Shown one piece after another: positions 19,258 through 29,703 of a DNA stretch of 64,000 nt. Made by a program: the position numbers and the translations under genes. Under the pieces are notes generated by a model that made no database searches, was not told where the DNA came from, and saw only the letters and a list, made by a program, of their open reading frames with translations. The DNA is taken from assembly GCA_913056395.1 (NCBI GenBank), contig CAJXMG010000002.1, forward strand, positions 17,353-81,352, given 5' to 3'. The DNA comes from an uncultured bacterium. Lineage in GTDB: Bacteria > Planctomycetota > UBA8108 > UBA1146. How positions within the stretch are numbered: the first letter of the stretch is position 1; each line of letters begins with the position of its first letter.

Positions 19258-22092
19258 TCAATCCTTGAAGTGGTATGCCTCGGGATCTCTCCCCAATGGA
19301 CGTGGCAGCTCACGGGGTCTTCTCAAGCCGCCGTTGCGGTCGGGTCCTGAAGGCCGGGCCAGTTTCAACCAGTTCTGGTGTGCGGCCCTGGCTTTCTCCG
19401 GATGGACGACCACGTCACCATACTGGTCCTCGTCCGCAGCCTTCACCAATCGGACCTTCTGATGCCAGCAGTGCATACCGCTGACCGGGTCTGTCTGAAC
19501 AGGGAAGGCGAGGTTTTGATGGACGCCACTTTCGTCCCACCAGGTTCGCTCACTGTCGGGGTCATCACTCTTGAATGGCTCCGAGCCCTGAACTCGACGC
19601 ATTCGTGTACTGCCATCCGGCAGTTCTTCAAAATTCACCGTGGCACTGCTCCAGCGTGACCCGGGTCCATCTTCTTTGCGCCAGCGGCCCATATGGTGGG
19701 AACAGGCGATCACCCCGCTGCGAATGCCATCGGTAATCCGGGCACGATTGACGAAATGCCCAATCTCCGTCTCAACCCGCACCAGTGCACCATCGAGGAT
19801 GTCATGACGCTCTGCATCCTCCGGGTGAATCCATACAGGATTGGCATGGGAGATCTCCATCAGATGCTTGGAGTTGGCAGAGCGTGAGTGAATCATCGTC
19901 GGCAAGCGGAACGTGGGAACGAGAACGTAAACGCCATTTTCCGGATCCAGCTTCTCCGGCCCCACATGAGATCGGGAAACTCCGGGAAGGGCCTCATCTG
20001 AAAAGCCCCACTCTTCCAGAATGCCCGAATAAATCTCTATTCGTCGGCTCGGTGTCGGAAAGCCCTTGCGGATTGCACCATCCACCGCCACGCCGATCAC
20101 CTTGCCATCGACACTGGCGAGCCCGGTTTGGGGATCGATTTCCGGGATCTGATTTTCAGCCAGATCCACTTCCTGCCGATGAAGTTCGTAAGCTTCCCCG
20201 GGCAACTCGTGAGCCCCCACTCGAGTCATGTACTCCATCGGAGTCATTTGATTCTCTGCGGCTTTTTCAGGAAGGCCGGGAACACTGTTTTCGAACATGT
20301 GTTGATACTGTTCTTCAACGGTGACCTTTTCGCCGGGGCGGTAGGGCGATTCAAAGTGCTTGCGAATCCCCAGGCTGCCATCCGGGTCGATACGCCACGA
20401 CAACTCGATCCAGAATTCGTCCTCTTCCCAGACTTCGCCGGGGTTGAATCCACGGGTATCGTCGCTCGGCTTCCCCTCCAGTCGGGCCAATGCCCTGAAG
20501 ATCGGTTGCCGGAAAGAGAGCCAGCGCGCGGAGTGCGTCTCAAGACTTTGAACGTCGTGCCTCTCAGTGGAATGTCCCATCGGCAAGACAAGGTCTGCGT
20601 AGTAGGCGGTTTCATTCCAGGTGGGAGTCAGGGCGACATGAAGGCCCACCTTCTCCTCGTCTTCAAGCATGCGCATCCACGACATGCCATCCGGATAGGT
20701 CCACACCGGATTGAAGACGCGGGTGAAATAGACACCGATCTTGCCGATGCCGTCTTCCACCAGATGCGGCAACAGATGACTCATCTCATAAAATGAGGTC
20801 GGAAATTGCCGCGGCCAGATCAATTCATTCCAGCGCTTGCCGGGATCTGGCATCGAAAAGAAGTCCGGCTTGAACTTGTTCCAACCGGCGGGAGAAGTTC
20901 CGCCCTCCACCCCCAGTGAACCTGTGAAGGCATTGAGGATCGCCAGTGAACGGGCGATCTGCCACCCCCCCAGATTGCCACTGGCCGCACTACGCCAGCA
21001 ATGGGCAGCGATGCGCGATCCTGCTCTGGCAATCTCGGCAGCCAATTTTTCGATGCTGCCACTTTCCAGTCCTGCGTAGCTCTCGGCCTCTGCAGGTGTC
21101 CACTCGGAAAGGTGTTCAGAGAAGCGCTTCAGGAAGCGATCCACCGTCGGTACGTCTTCGGGATGAAGTTCTTTCAGGTAACCGCGCCAATCGACCCACT
21201 CTTCGATGAACTTGCGATCGATCCGATTCTCTTCGATGAGGATTCTCAACGCCGCAAGGATGACTGCGCCTTCGGTTCCCGGCTTCGTCGGTAGCCAGAG
21301 GTCCGCTCTCGATGCGGTGTTCGACAATCTTGGGTCAAGGACCACGATGCGAGCCCCACTGTGCTTGGCCTCGATGATTCTCTGGGCATGGGGATTGAAG
21401 TAGTGTCCCGACTCGAGGTGGGCACTGAGGAGCAGAATCAACTGGGCATTGGCGTGATCCGGTGCGGGACGGTCATATCCCCAGGTAAACTGGTAACCGG
21501 CACGGGCACTGGCAGAGCAAACCGTGGTGTGGCTGTTATGGCCATCGATTCCCCACGCCTGCAAGACCCGCTCCACTGAGCCCTCATGTCCAGGCCTGCC
21601 CACGTGATACATCACCTCGTCGTGACGATCTTCCTTGAAGCAATTCTGAATCGAATTGGCGATCTGATTGAGGGCGCTTTCCCAACTGACCGGTTCAAAC
21701 TTGCCCTCACCACGGGGGCCGACCCGGCGCATCGGCTGCAGAATCCGCTCCGGATCCTGTACCTGGTTCAGCGTCGCCGGTCCCTTGGCACAGTTTTTTC
21801 CGCGGCTTCCGGGATGCAGAGGATTGCCCTCGAGACGAAGGATCTCCCGTGAGTCCTTGTCCACCGCCGCCAACAATCCACACGCCGCTTCGCAATTGAA
21901 ACAGGTCGTCGGGACCATCGCCAACCGCCGGGGCTTGCGCTTGCTGTCCAGCTCCTCTACTTCAAGCCACTTCTCGAAGGGCGGATAACGCAACAATCCT
22001 TCTCCGTACGGATCGGGATCGGGCCATTTTCTTTCCCGGGGAACCAGGCCGACAAGTCCGGCAAGTTTTTCGATCCAGCTGATCTTGCTCAT
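19258..22092 (-). CDS. Molybdopterin (bis-MGD) oxidoreductase catalytic subunit, Psr/Phs/Ttr/Arr-like
   Basis: N-terminal FeS motif CFNCEAAC...NCAKG, about 940 aa, with no recognisable twin-arginine signal. Confidence 0.7.
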   Translation of the reverse strand: MSKISWIEKLAGLVGLVPRERKWPDPDPYGEGLLRYPPFEKWLEVEELDSKRKPRRLAMVPTTCFNCEAACGLLAAVDKDSREILRLEGNPLHPGSRGKNCAKGPATLNQVQDPERILQPMRRVGPRGEGKFEPVSWESALNQIANSIQNCFKEDRHDEVMYHVGRPGHEGSVERVLQAWGIDGHNSHTTVCSASARAGYQFTWGYDRPAPDHANAQLILLLSAHLESGHYFNPHAQRIIEAKHSGARIVVLDPRLSNTASRADLWLPTKPGTEGAVILAALRILIEENRIDRKFIEEWVDWRGYLKELHPEDVPTVDRFLKRFSEHLSEWTPAEAESYAGLESGSIEKLAAEIARAGSRIAAHCWRSAASGNLGGWQIARSLAILNAFTGSLGVEGGTSPAGWNKFKPDFFSMPDPGKRWNELIWPRQFPTSFYEMSHLLPHLVEDGIGKIGVYFTRVFNPVWTYPDGMSWMRMLEDEEKVGLHVALTPTWNETAYYADLVLPMGHSTERHDVQSLETHSARWLSFRQPIFRALARLEGKPSDDTRGFNPGEVWEEDEFWIELSWRIDPDGSLGIRKHFESPYRPGEKVTVEEQYQHMFENSVPGLPEKAAENQMTPMEYMTRVGAHELPGEAYELHRQEVDLAENQIPEIDPQTGLASVDGKVIGVAVDGAIRKGFPTPSRRIEIYSGILEEWGFSDEALPGVSRSHVGPEKLDPENGVYVLVPTFRLPTMIHSRSANSKHLMEISHANPVWIHPEDAERHDILDGALVRVETEIGHFVNRARITDGIRSGVIACSHHMGRWRKEDGPGSRWSSATVNFEELPDGSTRMRRVQGSEPFKSDDPDSERTWWDESGVHQNLAFPVQTDPVSGMHCWHQKVRLVKAADEDQYGDVVVHPEKARAAHQNWLKLARPSGPDRNGGLRRPRELPRPLGRDPEAYHFKD

Positions 22093-22104
22093 GCTGATCC
22101 CTCC

Positions 22105-23628
22105 TCATGCCAGGGGGAGGCGTTGAGGAGCCTCCACCCACAGGTGTTCCCAGAGGGCGATTCCCAACAACGCCAACAGCGCGGGGATGACGGCCATTCC
22201 AGATCCGGTATCCAGGAATGTGATCCAAAGTAATGGAATCAGTTTTCCAAGGCCCAGAACCCCTACCCAGTAAATCGGTGCCCGCCGACCTTCCAGAATT
22301 GAATGGGCAGCACGGCGAGCGGCTTCGGTGGAGTGCCGTCCATGGACATCCAACAGAACAAAAGGGGTTTCCAGAATCAGGGAGAAGAGTAACAGGCCCT
22401 TGAGGTCTTCCAGGTCACCGGGGTTCAACAGCCACAGTGCAGCCGCTCCGGCTACGACAGCCTGGAGACCCAGGTGGAGTGGCGACAGGGCCGACTGCCA
22501 CATGTCTCTCCCCTTCGCCTGACCGAAGAGCCAGCCGGAGTAGGCGGCCACAAATGTACCGAGGACTCCCCCTGCAAGTAGTAACAGTGCACCGAGAAAA
22601 GTGGAACTGCTCTCACCCAACCACCAGCCTGCAACCAGGACTCCGTTGTAGAGAGTGATGCCATAAGCTCCACGGACCAGCCATGAAGACCATTGGGGTC
22701 GCAGAAGAACCCAGAGGAATCTCTCCGGCCTCTTGAGGTCGGCGACCAGCAAGACTCCGGTCACCGCCATGAAGAACAGTGCCAAAGGCCAGGCGATGTC
22801 GAGGGCCCCATCGATCAGGCTTCGTCGTTCAAAGGGCCAAAGCAGTGCGGGAACCATCAATGCTCCAGCGGCAATCGACTTGGTCCACAGATACGCACTG
22901 ACCTTCCAGCCCCAGCTGAGAGCGTGACGCTGCTGGATGTCGTAGGTCCGCGTCGGGGCTCCCCGCTCGTATGTCACCGGATTCTCGGCATCGTCGGTCC
23001 CATCCTCTTGCCTTTGTCCCCAGAGTGTTCTCTGGGGTCTCTGACTGGCGAGCGGATCGAGGGCTTCCACATGACCTTCGATGTAGTGAATCTTGGGACG
23101 GGTTCCTTTTTCCGGCTTGCGAACCATCGTCGGTTCACCCGCCACTAATCGTGCAATGCGGCTCTCCGGATCAGCAAGGTCTCCCGTCACGATCGCTCCC
23201 GTCGGACACACGACAGCACATGCCGGCTCCCGACCGGCATCGACACGGTGACTGCAATAATTGCATTTGGTCGCGGTGCCGGTCTCCGGGTGAATATCGA
23301 TGGCATCGTAGGGACAGGCCTGCATGCACGCTTTGCAGCCGATGCATCTTCCTGGATCAAAATCGACGATGGCATCCTTGCGAACCGAAAGGCTGGCTGT
23401 GGGGCAAATTTCCACACAGGGAGCATCTGCACAGTGATTGCAGCGCAGAACATGGAAGGCCCGCTCTGCGCGGGGGTGAACCCCTTTTTCCAGATATTGG
23501 ACCCAGGTCTTGTTGATCCCGACCGGGTCAGAATGCTCGGTCTTGCACGCCACCGTACAGGCGTGGCAACCGATGCAGCTGCGGTTGTCGATCACAAATC
23601 CATAGGAGGGGTCAGTGTGGGAAGCCAT
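22105..23628 (-). CDS. Fused four-cluster [4Fe-4S] ferredoxin (PsrB/DmsB-like) and NrfD/PsrC-like membrane anchor
   Basis: Four CxxCxxCxxxCP-type motifs in the N-terminal ~200 aa, and a C-terminal domain with ~8 hydrophobic helices. Confidence 0.7.
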   Translation of the reverse strand: MASHTDPSYGFVIDNRSCIGCHACTVACKTEHSDPVGINKTWVQYLEKGVHPRAERAFHVLRCNHCADAPCVEICPTASLSVRKDAIVDFDPGRCIGCKACMQACPYDAIDIHPETGTATKCNYCSHRVDAGREPACAVVCPTGAIVTGDLADPESRIARLVAGEPTMVRKPEKGTRPKIHYIEGHVEALDPLASQRPQRTLWGQRQEDGTDDAENPVTYERGAPTRTYDIQQRHALSWGWKVSAYLWTKSIAAGALMVPALLWPFERRSLIDGALDIAWPLALFFMAVTGVLLVADLKRPERFLWVLLRPQWSSWLVRGAYGITLYNGVLVAGWWLGESSSTFLGALLLLAGGVLGTFVAAYSGWLFGQAKGRDMWQSALSPLHLGLQAVVAGAAALWLLNPGDLEDLKGLLLFSLILETPFVLLDVHGRHSTEAARRAAHSILEGRRAPIYWVGVLGLGKLIPLLWITFLDTGSGMAVIPALLALLGIALWEHLWVEAPQRLPLA

Positions 23629-23765
23629 GGGGTTGAATTTACCCTTGGGAAGGCCCAGAGGCCATCAGTACGGACCGTCTTGACGGGGAACTTTTCAGCC
23701 TGCAAGTTCAGGCCTTGTCAGTTCCTGACACTTCAGGCGTAAATCTGGAGGAGGGAGGAAACCCC

Positions 23766-26549
23766 ATGGCGAGGGTCGAACGTCACTTTCTGGGAAAATC
23801 CCGAGGATTCCTGCGGGCCGCTGCAGAGCGTCTGGTCGCAGAGGTCTGTGGTGAATCTGGCGATTCCGGCCCCATCGATCTCAGGGACCGCCTGGTGGTT
23901 CTTCCCGGTAGCAGGGCCACCCGCCTCCTCCTTCGACAACTGACACAGATCAGCCACGATCGTGGAGTCGGGCTTCTCCCCCCTCAGATCGAGACTCCAG
24001 GTCAGTTGGAGATCCTGCTCATCGATCGGGACCTTCCACGGATCACTCCGGAAGAAGAGCGACTTTCCTGGTTGCTGACCCTTCAGTCCGCTTCCCAAGG
24101 GCAAAAAGAAACCCTCGGCATTGAAGAATCCACCAGTGGCAACGCCGCAGGATTGTTGAAAGTGGGTCAACTTCTCTCGAATACGGTTCGTCAGCTCAAG
24201 CAGGAAGGATCCAATCCAGGGGCGGCAGCCCACTGCATGGCTCCCCGTGATACGGAAGCCGCCAAGCGATTGCTGGTGATCGAGGAACTGGAGAATTCCC
24301 GTCTGGAGCTGTTACGCAATTGGGGAGTCCACCCCGGAGGATTCAGCCATGCTTCCCCCCGTGAAGCCCACAGAAAAGTGACCCTGATCGGCATTCTCGA
24401 GTTGCCAGCGACGACTCGGGCATGGCTGGAAGAACATTGCCTCTGCCAGATCTGGATCGACGCAGAAGGTGGTGACCAAAACCTCTACGACGACTGGGGG
24501 CGACCGATCCCCGAAATGTGGGCAAATCTGGAACTCGCCGATTCGATCCCCATGATCGTTGCCGACCAACCTGCGGACCTGACCCTCGCCGTCGTTCAGC
24601 ACATCGCTGAGCAGGACTCCATCGAAAAGATGGAGGACGTTTCCCTCGGCCTGCTGGATGAAGATCTGACTCCATGGTTGACCGAAGGTCTTCGTCGACA
24701 TGGCATGGGCATCCACCCTGCTGCCGGCAAACCCCATTCACTGACCTCGACGGGTCGACTGGTCGAGGGAATCCGCCGGGTGGTGACCGGAAACACCTTT
24801 GCCGCATTTTCTGGCCTCGCCCGCCATCCACTCGTGCTGAAACGACTCCCCACCAGAACAAACCACAAAGGTGAGGAGATCGAAGTCTTGAAAGACTTCG
24901 ATCGCTGGAGCACCGAACGTCAGCCGGATCAGGCTCAAGACCCCAACGCCCCACCCGCACTCCTCTACTTGCAAGAGCAGTTGTCCCCTCTGATGAGCGA
25001 CGAGGGTCAATTGCATCTGCGCATCGACCAGTACCTGCAGGTTCTCGGAAACCTTGTCGGAACCGACGAGGATGGATTTCCACAGATTCCCGAGGGAGAA
25101 GGGGATCTGCTCATCGAGACACTGGAAAAATTGCGTGAGTGTGGCCCTCAAACAGATCTGCACCTGAACGCAGACAACTTCGTCAGTCTCGTTTGCGCCC
25201 TGACGATGGATTCTTTGATACCCGAGGAAAATGACCCGTCATCGATTCAGGGACTCGGCTGGCTGGAACTGGCCATGGATGAAGCTCCTCACCTGATACT
25301 GACCGGGATCAGCGAGGGAAAACTGTCCGGCTCACTGACCTCCGATCCCCTGATTCCCGAATCATTGAGACGGGAATTGGGCATCCCCGGCTACGAAGAA
25401 CGGGTCGCCCGCGACACCCATCTGCTTCGCAACCTGGTCGACGGACGCCGTCACACAGTCGTGGCTCTTTCTGCCAGAGATTCGCAGGGAAATCCGCAAC
25501 TCCCCTCGCGTCTGCTGCTCCGCGGTGAAGCAGGAGTTCAACGACTGAGAGATTTCCTCGACATCGAGAAGCGGGCACTTTTGAAGGAACAAACCACGGT
25601 GTCCACGGAAGAGCTTGCTGATTGGGGGCCTCCACGCTCCATCGGTACTCCTGCTCCCGAGAAGATCTCGGTCACTGGATTCGCCCGCTGGATTGCGGAC
25701 CCCGTGCTCTTCGAACTGGAGCGAACCCTCCGATGCTCCGAATGTCACGACCGGGATTTGCAACTGTCGCCAATGGCATTTGGCAACATGGTTCACTGGG
25801 TTCTGGAGACGTACGGGAAAACCGAAGCCCTGAAGGATCTCGAGGACAGGGATGCCATTCTCGAAGCAGCGGAGTCACTGCTTGAACAATACTGCCGAAA
25901 GAAACTGGCACAGCACCCCAGAGCAGCGGTTCTGGTTCAGGTTGAGCAGGCACGGGCACGGCTCGAGATCTGGGCGACACAACAATCGATTCTGCGCTTT
26001 CAGGGCTGGAAAATCATGGCCACAGAGATCTCTCTCGAGCCGGAACATTGCCGATTGACGGTACCAGAGGGAAGCATCGGAGTTTCCGGCAGAATCGACC
26101 GGATTGATCGCAATGAAAAAACTGGCGAGTGGCGAATCCTCGACTACAAAACCAGTGAACAGGGGCCATCTCCTGAAAAGGATCATGGAAGACGACCGGG
26201 GAGAGATACGGAATGGAAGAAACTGCAACTCCCCCTGTATCGTCATTTCGCATCCACTCTGGTGATTGAAGGCGCTCAGCTACCAACGGACCCGGAGGTT
26301 GGATTTTTCAATCTTCCTGGAACCACTTCGGCCCGCTCAGTTCAAATCGCAGCCTGGACCGACGACGACTACGACGATGCCGTCGCACTTGCCCATGAAA
26401 TCGTGACGGAGATCTTCTCTCCAGAGGAACGAACCCTGGAAAAACTGACTCCCCCCTGGGACCGGGCCCTTGCAGGCGTGGTCATCGATGCAGAGAAGAG
26501 TCTTTCAGCGATGCTGGAAGCCTCTGCGGAAGATGAGGTGGAGGCATGA
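23766..26549 (+). CDS. addB: AddB/RexB-like helicase-nuclease subunit (inactivated helicase plus PD-(D/E)XK nuclease)
   Basis: C-terminal nuclease motif EWRILDYKTSE, no Walker A motif, paired with the downstream addA-like gene. Start set at the ATG preceded by GGAGG (23766); the track start is 23715. Confidence 0.6.
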   Translation: MARVERHFLGKSRGFLRAAAERLVAEVCGESGDSGPIDLRDRLVVLPGSRATRLLLRQLTQISHDRGVGLLPPQIETPGQLEILLIDRDLPRITPEEERLSWLLTLQSASQGQKETLGIEESTSGNAAGLLKVGQLLSNTVRQLKQEGSNPGAAAHCMAPRDTEAAKRLLVIEELENSRLELLRNWGVHPGGFSHASPREAHRKVTLIGILELPATTRAWLEEHCLCQIWIDAEGGDQNLYDDWGRPIPEMWANLELADSIPMIVADQPADLTLAVVQHIAEQDSIEKMEDVSLGLLDEDLTPWLTEGLRRHGMGIHPAAGKPHSLTSTGRLVEGIRRVVTGNTFAAFSGLARHPLVLKRLPTRTNHKGEEIEVLKDFDRWSTERQPDQAQDPNAPPALLYLQEQLSPLMSDEGQLHLRIDQYLQVLGNLVGTDEDGFPQIPEGEGDLLIETLEKLRECGPQTDLHLNADNFVSLVCALTMDSLIPEENDPSSIQGLGWLELAMDEAPHLILTGISEGKLSGSLTSDPLIPESLRRELGIPGYEERVARDTHLLRNLVDGRRHTVVALSARDSQGNPQLPSRLLLRGEAGVQRLRDFLDIEKRALLKEQTTVSTEELADWGPPRSIGTPAPEKISVTGFARWIADPVLFELERTLRCSECHDRDLQLSPMAFGNMVHWVLETYGKTEALKDLEDRDAILEAAESLLEQYCRKKLAQHPRAAVLVQVEQARARLEIWATQQSILRFQGWKIMATEISLEPEHCRLTVPEGSIGVSGRIDRIDRNEKTGEWRILDYKTSEQGPSPEKDHGRRPGRDTEWKKLQLPLYRHFASTLVIEGAQLPTDPEVGFFNLPGTTSARSVQIAAWTDDDYDDAVALAHEIVTEIFSPEERTLEKLTPPWDRALAGVVIDAEKSLSAMLEASAEDEVEA

Positions 26550-29500
26550 GTTTCCCCTATCACCGCATGATTCGGGCCAGCGCAGGATCCGGAAAAACCT
26601 ATGCTCTGACCACCCGCTATCTGGGGCTGATTCTCTGTGGAGAATCCGCCGACTCCATTCTGGCCGTCACATTCACCCGAACCGCTGCCGGGGAAATCAT
26701 GGAAAGAATCCTCGACAGGTTGCTGAAGGCTCTCGAGCCAGAAGGACTGTCAGATTTGATTCACGCCCTGAAGCTGGAGGGGTTCACTCAACTCGTTTCT
26801 GAACTGGAGGCATCATCCCAGGACGATGCCATCAGGAACCGGATTGAACCCGCACTGACTCAGATGCTCTCTGTTCTCCACAAATGTCAGGTTTCCACAC
26901 TGGATGCGTTTTTCTCACGGATCGCCACAGGGTTTACCTACGAATGCGATCTTTCTCCGGGTTGGCAGATACTGGATGAAGAGGCACTGAACAAAATACG
27001 TACCGGAGCGATTCAGAAGATTCTGGAAGAAGAGGGTACCCGGGAAGCCCGACAGTTGATGCATCGTCTCAACAAGGGAAAGCTCAGCAGTCAGGTCGCT
27101 GCGGATCTCGACAGACTCGTCTCAGACTTTCACGAAAAATGGCGTGAGTTTCCCAAGAATGCATGGGAACTGCCCGCTGACTGCTCAGGCCCCAATCCTG
27201 CCGATCTGGAACGTGCATGGGAAACCGTTCTCCGATTCGAGTGCCCCAAAGACAAAGCAGGAAAAAAGAAACGCAAACACTGGGAGAATGGTCTGCGAAC
27301 TCTCCAGGAAGTCTGGGGGGAAGATCTTCTGACGAGGATCGCGGCCTGTGAAAAGGGTCTTCTTTCCAAAGTGATCCAAGGTGAACGAATCTTTGATCGG
27401 GTTGAAATTGACGACGACCTTTTCGATGCAATTCAAACCTTCCTGGAGCAGTTAGGCAGTGAATACTCGGCATTGATCAGGACGCAGAATCAATCCACCG
27501 GTGAGTTTTTGCAAAAGTACGACATCGAACGGAGCCGCGGGCTCAAGGAGCAGGGCGGACTCAACTACAGCGATGTTCCAGTGGCCCTTCTGCAAGCCAG
27601 AATCCTCGGCCAAATGGGCCTCGTCGATGACCGCATGGATGCTTCTGTCAGACATCTGCTTCTCGATGAATTTCAGGATACTTCCCTGATCCAATTTGCG
27701 GTCCTGGACCCCCTGATCGATGAACTGGCTGCGGACAGTGCCGGTGGAAGATCGATTTTTTGCGTCGGTGACAGCAAGCAGGCCATCTACGGCTGGCGCG
27801 GTGGTCGGGCTGAAGTCATGGATCTGTTTGAACAAAAACTGTTACCCGGATCTGAACAAAGATTCGACGAATCCTGGAGATCATCCGCTCCGATTCTGGA
27901 GTGTGTGAACCAGACCTTTGGCGATCTCAGTTCAGCGGCTCCGGAGAGTGAGGATCAACCGGCTGTCGACAAGTGGAGCACGCTCTTCGATGAGCACCGT
28001 GTCGCAGCTCCACGTGCTCCTCAGGAATCCGGTCATGTGATATTGCGGATCGCTCATGAGCATGACGGCAAGTCGAGTAAAATCTGCCCCTATCTGGATA
28101 CCCTCGCCGAAGTGGAAAGGCTGCAAAGCCTCTCCCCCAACGGCACCATTGCCATACTCGTGCGAAAAAACCAGCAGATTTCCCACTTGGTCAATGCGCT
28201 GAAAGCAAAGGGTATCGAGGCCAGCGAAGAACGTGGAAACCCACTGACCGATTCACCTGCAGTCGGCCGTCTGATCGCACTGCTCGAGTGGATCGAGCAC
28301 CCTGGCGACAGCACCCTTGGACTGGCAGTAGAACGATCTCCACTCTCGAGTATTCTTAAAAAAGATCCTGCCAGCCCATGGAGAACGACTCTCGATGAAC
28401 TCCGGGATCGAATCTATTCAGAGGGATTGCCAGAGGTCTTCAGCCCGATCTGCGATGAGTTGGCAAAGGTCTGTTCAGAAGAGGACCAATTACGGATCCA
28501 GCAGTTCATGGAGCAGTTGAGATCGATCGGGTTCCATGGCCTGCGACTGGCAGATCTGATCGAGGGATTGCGCAATCGTTCCGTTCCACGCCCCGGTGGG
28601 TCTCCTGTACAGGTGATGACGATTCATCAGGCGAAAGGCCTCGAGTTTGATGCGGTCATCCTTCCCGAGTTGGACTTCCGCTGGCTCCAGGTGATCCCTG
28701 GCCTTCTCACGCTGGAGGACGAATTCCAGCCGGTCCATCTGTCACGTTACGTCGGCAAGAAACATCTCTCGCTGGTCGGAGACCCCTACCCCCAAATGTA
28801 TCAGCAGAACCGTGATCAACGCCTCACTGAAGCTCTCTGCCTATTGTATGTCGCCATGACCCGGGCAAAGCACACTCTGATCATGTTGCTGCCGACACCC
28901 CCCAAAAAGGGTGCATACTCTTCTGACTCCTACGCCTCCCTGCTCGTTCAAAAATTGGCACCGGGTGCAGAACTCTCCGCCGGAAATGTTCTGTATGAGA
29001 TCGGCGAACCTGTTCGTCTTTCAGCCACCGGGGAAAACAGTGAGCGGACCCGAGTTCAACTCAGTCAGCGACGCCCACAACCGAACTCCTTGAGGGAGCG
29101 AACGAGCAGGGCTTCAGGAAAAGCGGGACACTTGACCGCGCCGCGACGCAAAGCTTTAAAACTCGGAAATCTCGCTCACCACTTGCTGGAACAATGCCAG
29201 TGGAGCGAAGTTTCCGGAGATACTGCCATGGCAAGTCTCAAAGCCCGATTCCCAAGAGAAGAATCGATCCACGAGGAAGCGGTGACACTGGTCTGTGAGG
29301 CCTTCACCAAAGGACCATTTGCAGATCTCTTCGACGAAGATCTGACTCGACAGCGTTTGGGCTGCGGGAAAGTGGATCAAATCGTTGTGGAAGCGGAAGT
29401 GCCGATTCTGACCCGAATCGGTGACAGGGATTTTCACGGAATCATTGACCGCATGGTCTTGCGCAAGGTCGGGAACGGGGTGGTCAGTGCTGAGTTGATC

Positions 29501-29686
29501 GATTTCAAAACTGATACTCTGGCCAGGGACTCTGCGGATCTGATCGAAAAGTATCAGGAGCAGATGCAAAAGTATCGCCAGGCAGTACACAGTGGCTGGG
29601 GGATCCCCATCGAGAACATCGATTTGAAAATCGCCCATATCAACTCAGGTACGTTCTCTTCAGTGGACGATTCCAGACGGCCCTGA
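26546..29686 (+). CDS. addA: AddA/RecB-like UvrD-family helicase with C-terminal PD-(D/E)XK nuclease
   Basis: Walker A ASAGSGKTYALT, UvrD-type helicase motifs, and the C-terminal nuclease GIIDRMV...LIDFKTD. ATGA overlap with addB. Confidence 0.75.
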   Translation: MSFPYHRMIRASAGSGKTYALTTRYLGLILCGESADSILAVTFTRTAAGEIMERILDRLLKALEPEGLSDLIHALKLEGFTQLVSELEASSQDDAIRNRIEPALTQMLSVLHKCQVSTLDAFFSRIATGFTYECDLSPGWQILDEEALNKIRTGAIQKILEEEGTREARQLMHRLNKGKLSSQVAADLDRLVSDFHEKWREFPKNAWELPADCSGPNPADLERAWETVLRFECPKDKAGKKKRKHWENGLRTLQEVWGEDLLTRIAACEKGLLSKVIQGERIFDRVEIDDDLFDAIQTFLEQLGSEYSALIRTQNQSTGEFLQKYDIERSRGLKEQGGLNYSDVPVALLQARILGQMGLVDDRMDASVRHLLLDEFQDTSLIQFAVLDPLIDELAADSAGGRSIFCVGDSKQAIYGWRGGRAEVMDLFEQKLLPGSEQRFDESWRSSAPILECVNQTFGDLSSAAPESEDQPAVDKWSTLFDEHRVAAPRAPQESGHVILRIAHEHDGKSSKICPYLDTLAEVERLQSLSPNGTIAILVRKNQQISHLVNALKAKGIEASEERGNPLTDSPAVGRLIALLEWIEHPGDSTLGLAVERSPLSSILKKDPASPWRTTLDELRDRIYSEGLPEVFSPICDELAKVCSEEDQLRIQQFMEQLRSIGFHGLRLADLIEGLRNRSVPRPGGSPVQVMTIHQAKGLEFDAVILPELDFRWLQVIPGLLTLEDEFQPVHLSRYVGKKHLSLVGDPYPQMYQQNRDQRLTEALCLLYVAMTRAKHTLIMLLPTPPKKGAYSSDSYASLLVQKLAPGAELSAGNVLYEIGEPVRLSATGENSERTRVQLSQRRPQPNSLRERTSRASGKAGHLTAPRRKALKLGNLAHHLLEQCQWSEVSGDTAMASLKARFPREESIHEEAVTLVCEAFTKGPFADLFDEDLTRQRLGCGKVDQIVVEAEVPILTRIGDRDFHGIIDRMVLRKVGNGVVSAELIDFKTDTLARDSADLIEKYQEQMQKYRQAVHSGWGIPIENIDLKIAHINSGTFSSVDDSRRP

Positions 29687-29703
29687 TTCAGAGGTAGCAG
29701 GAT

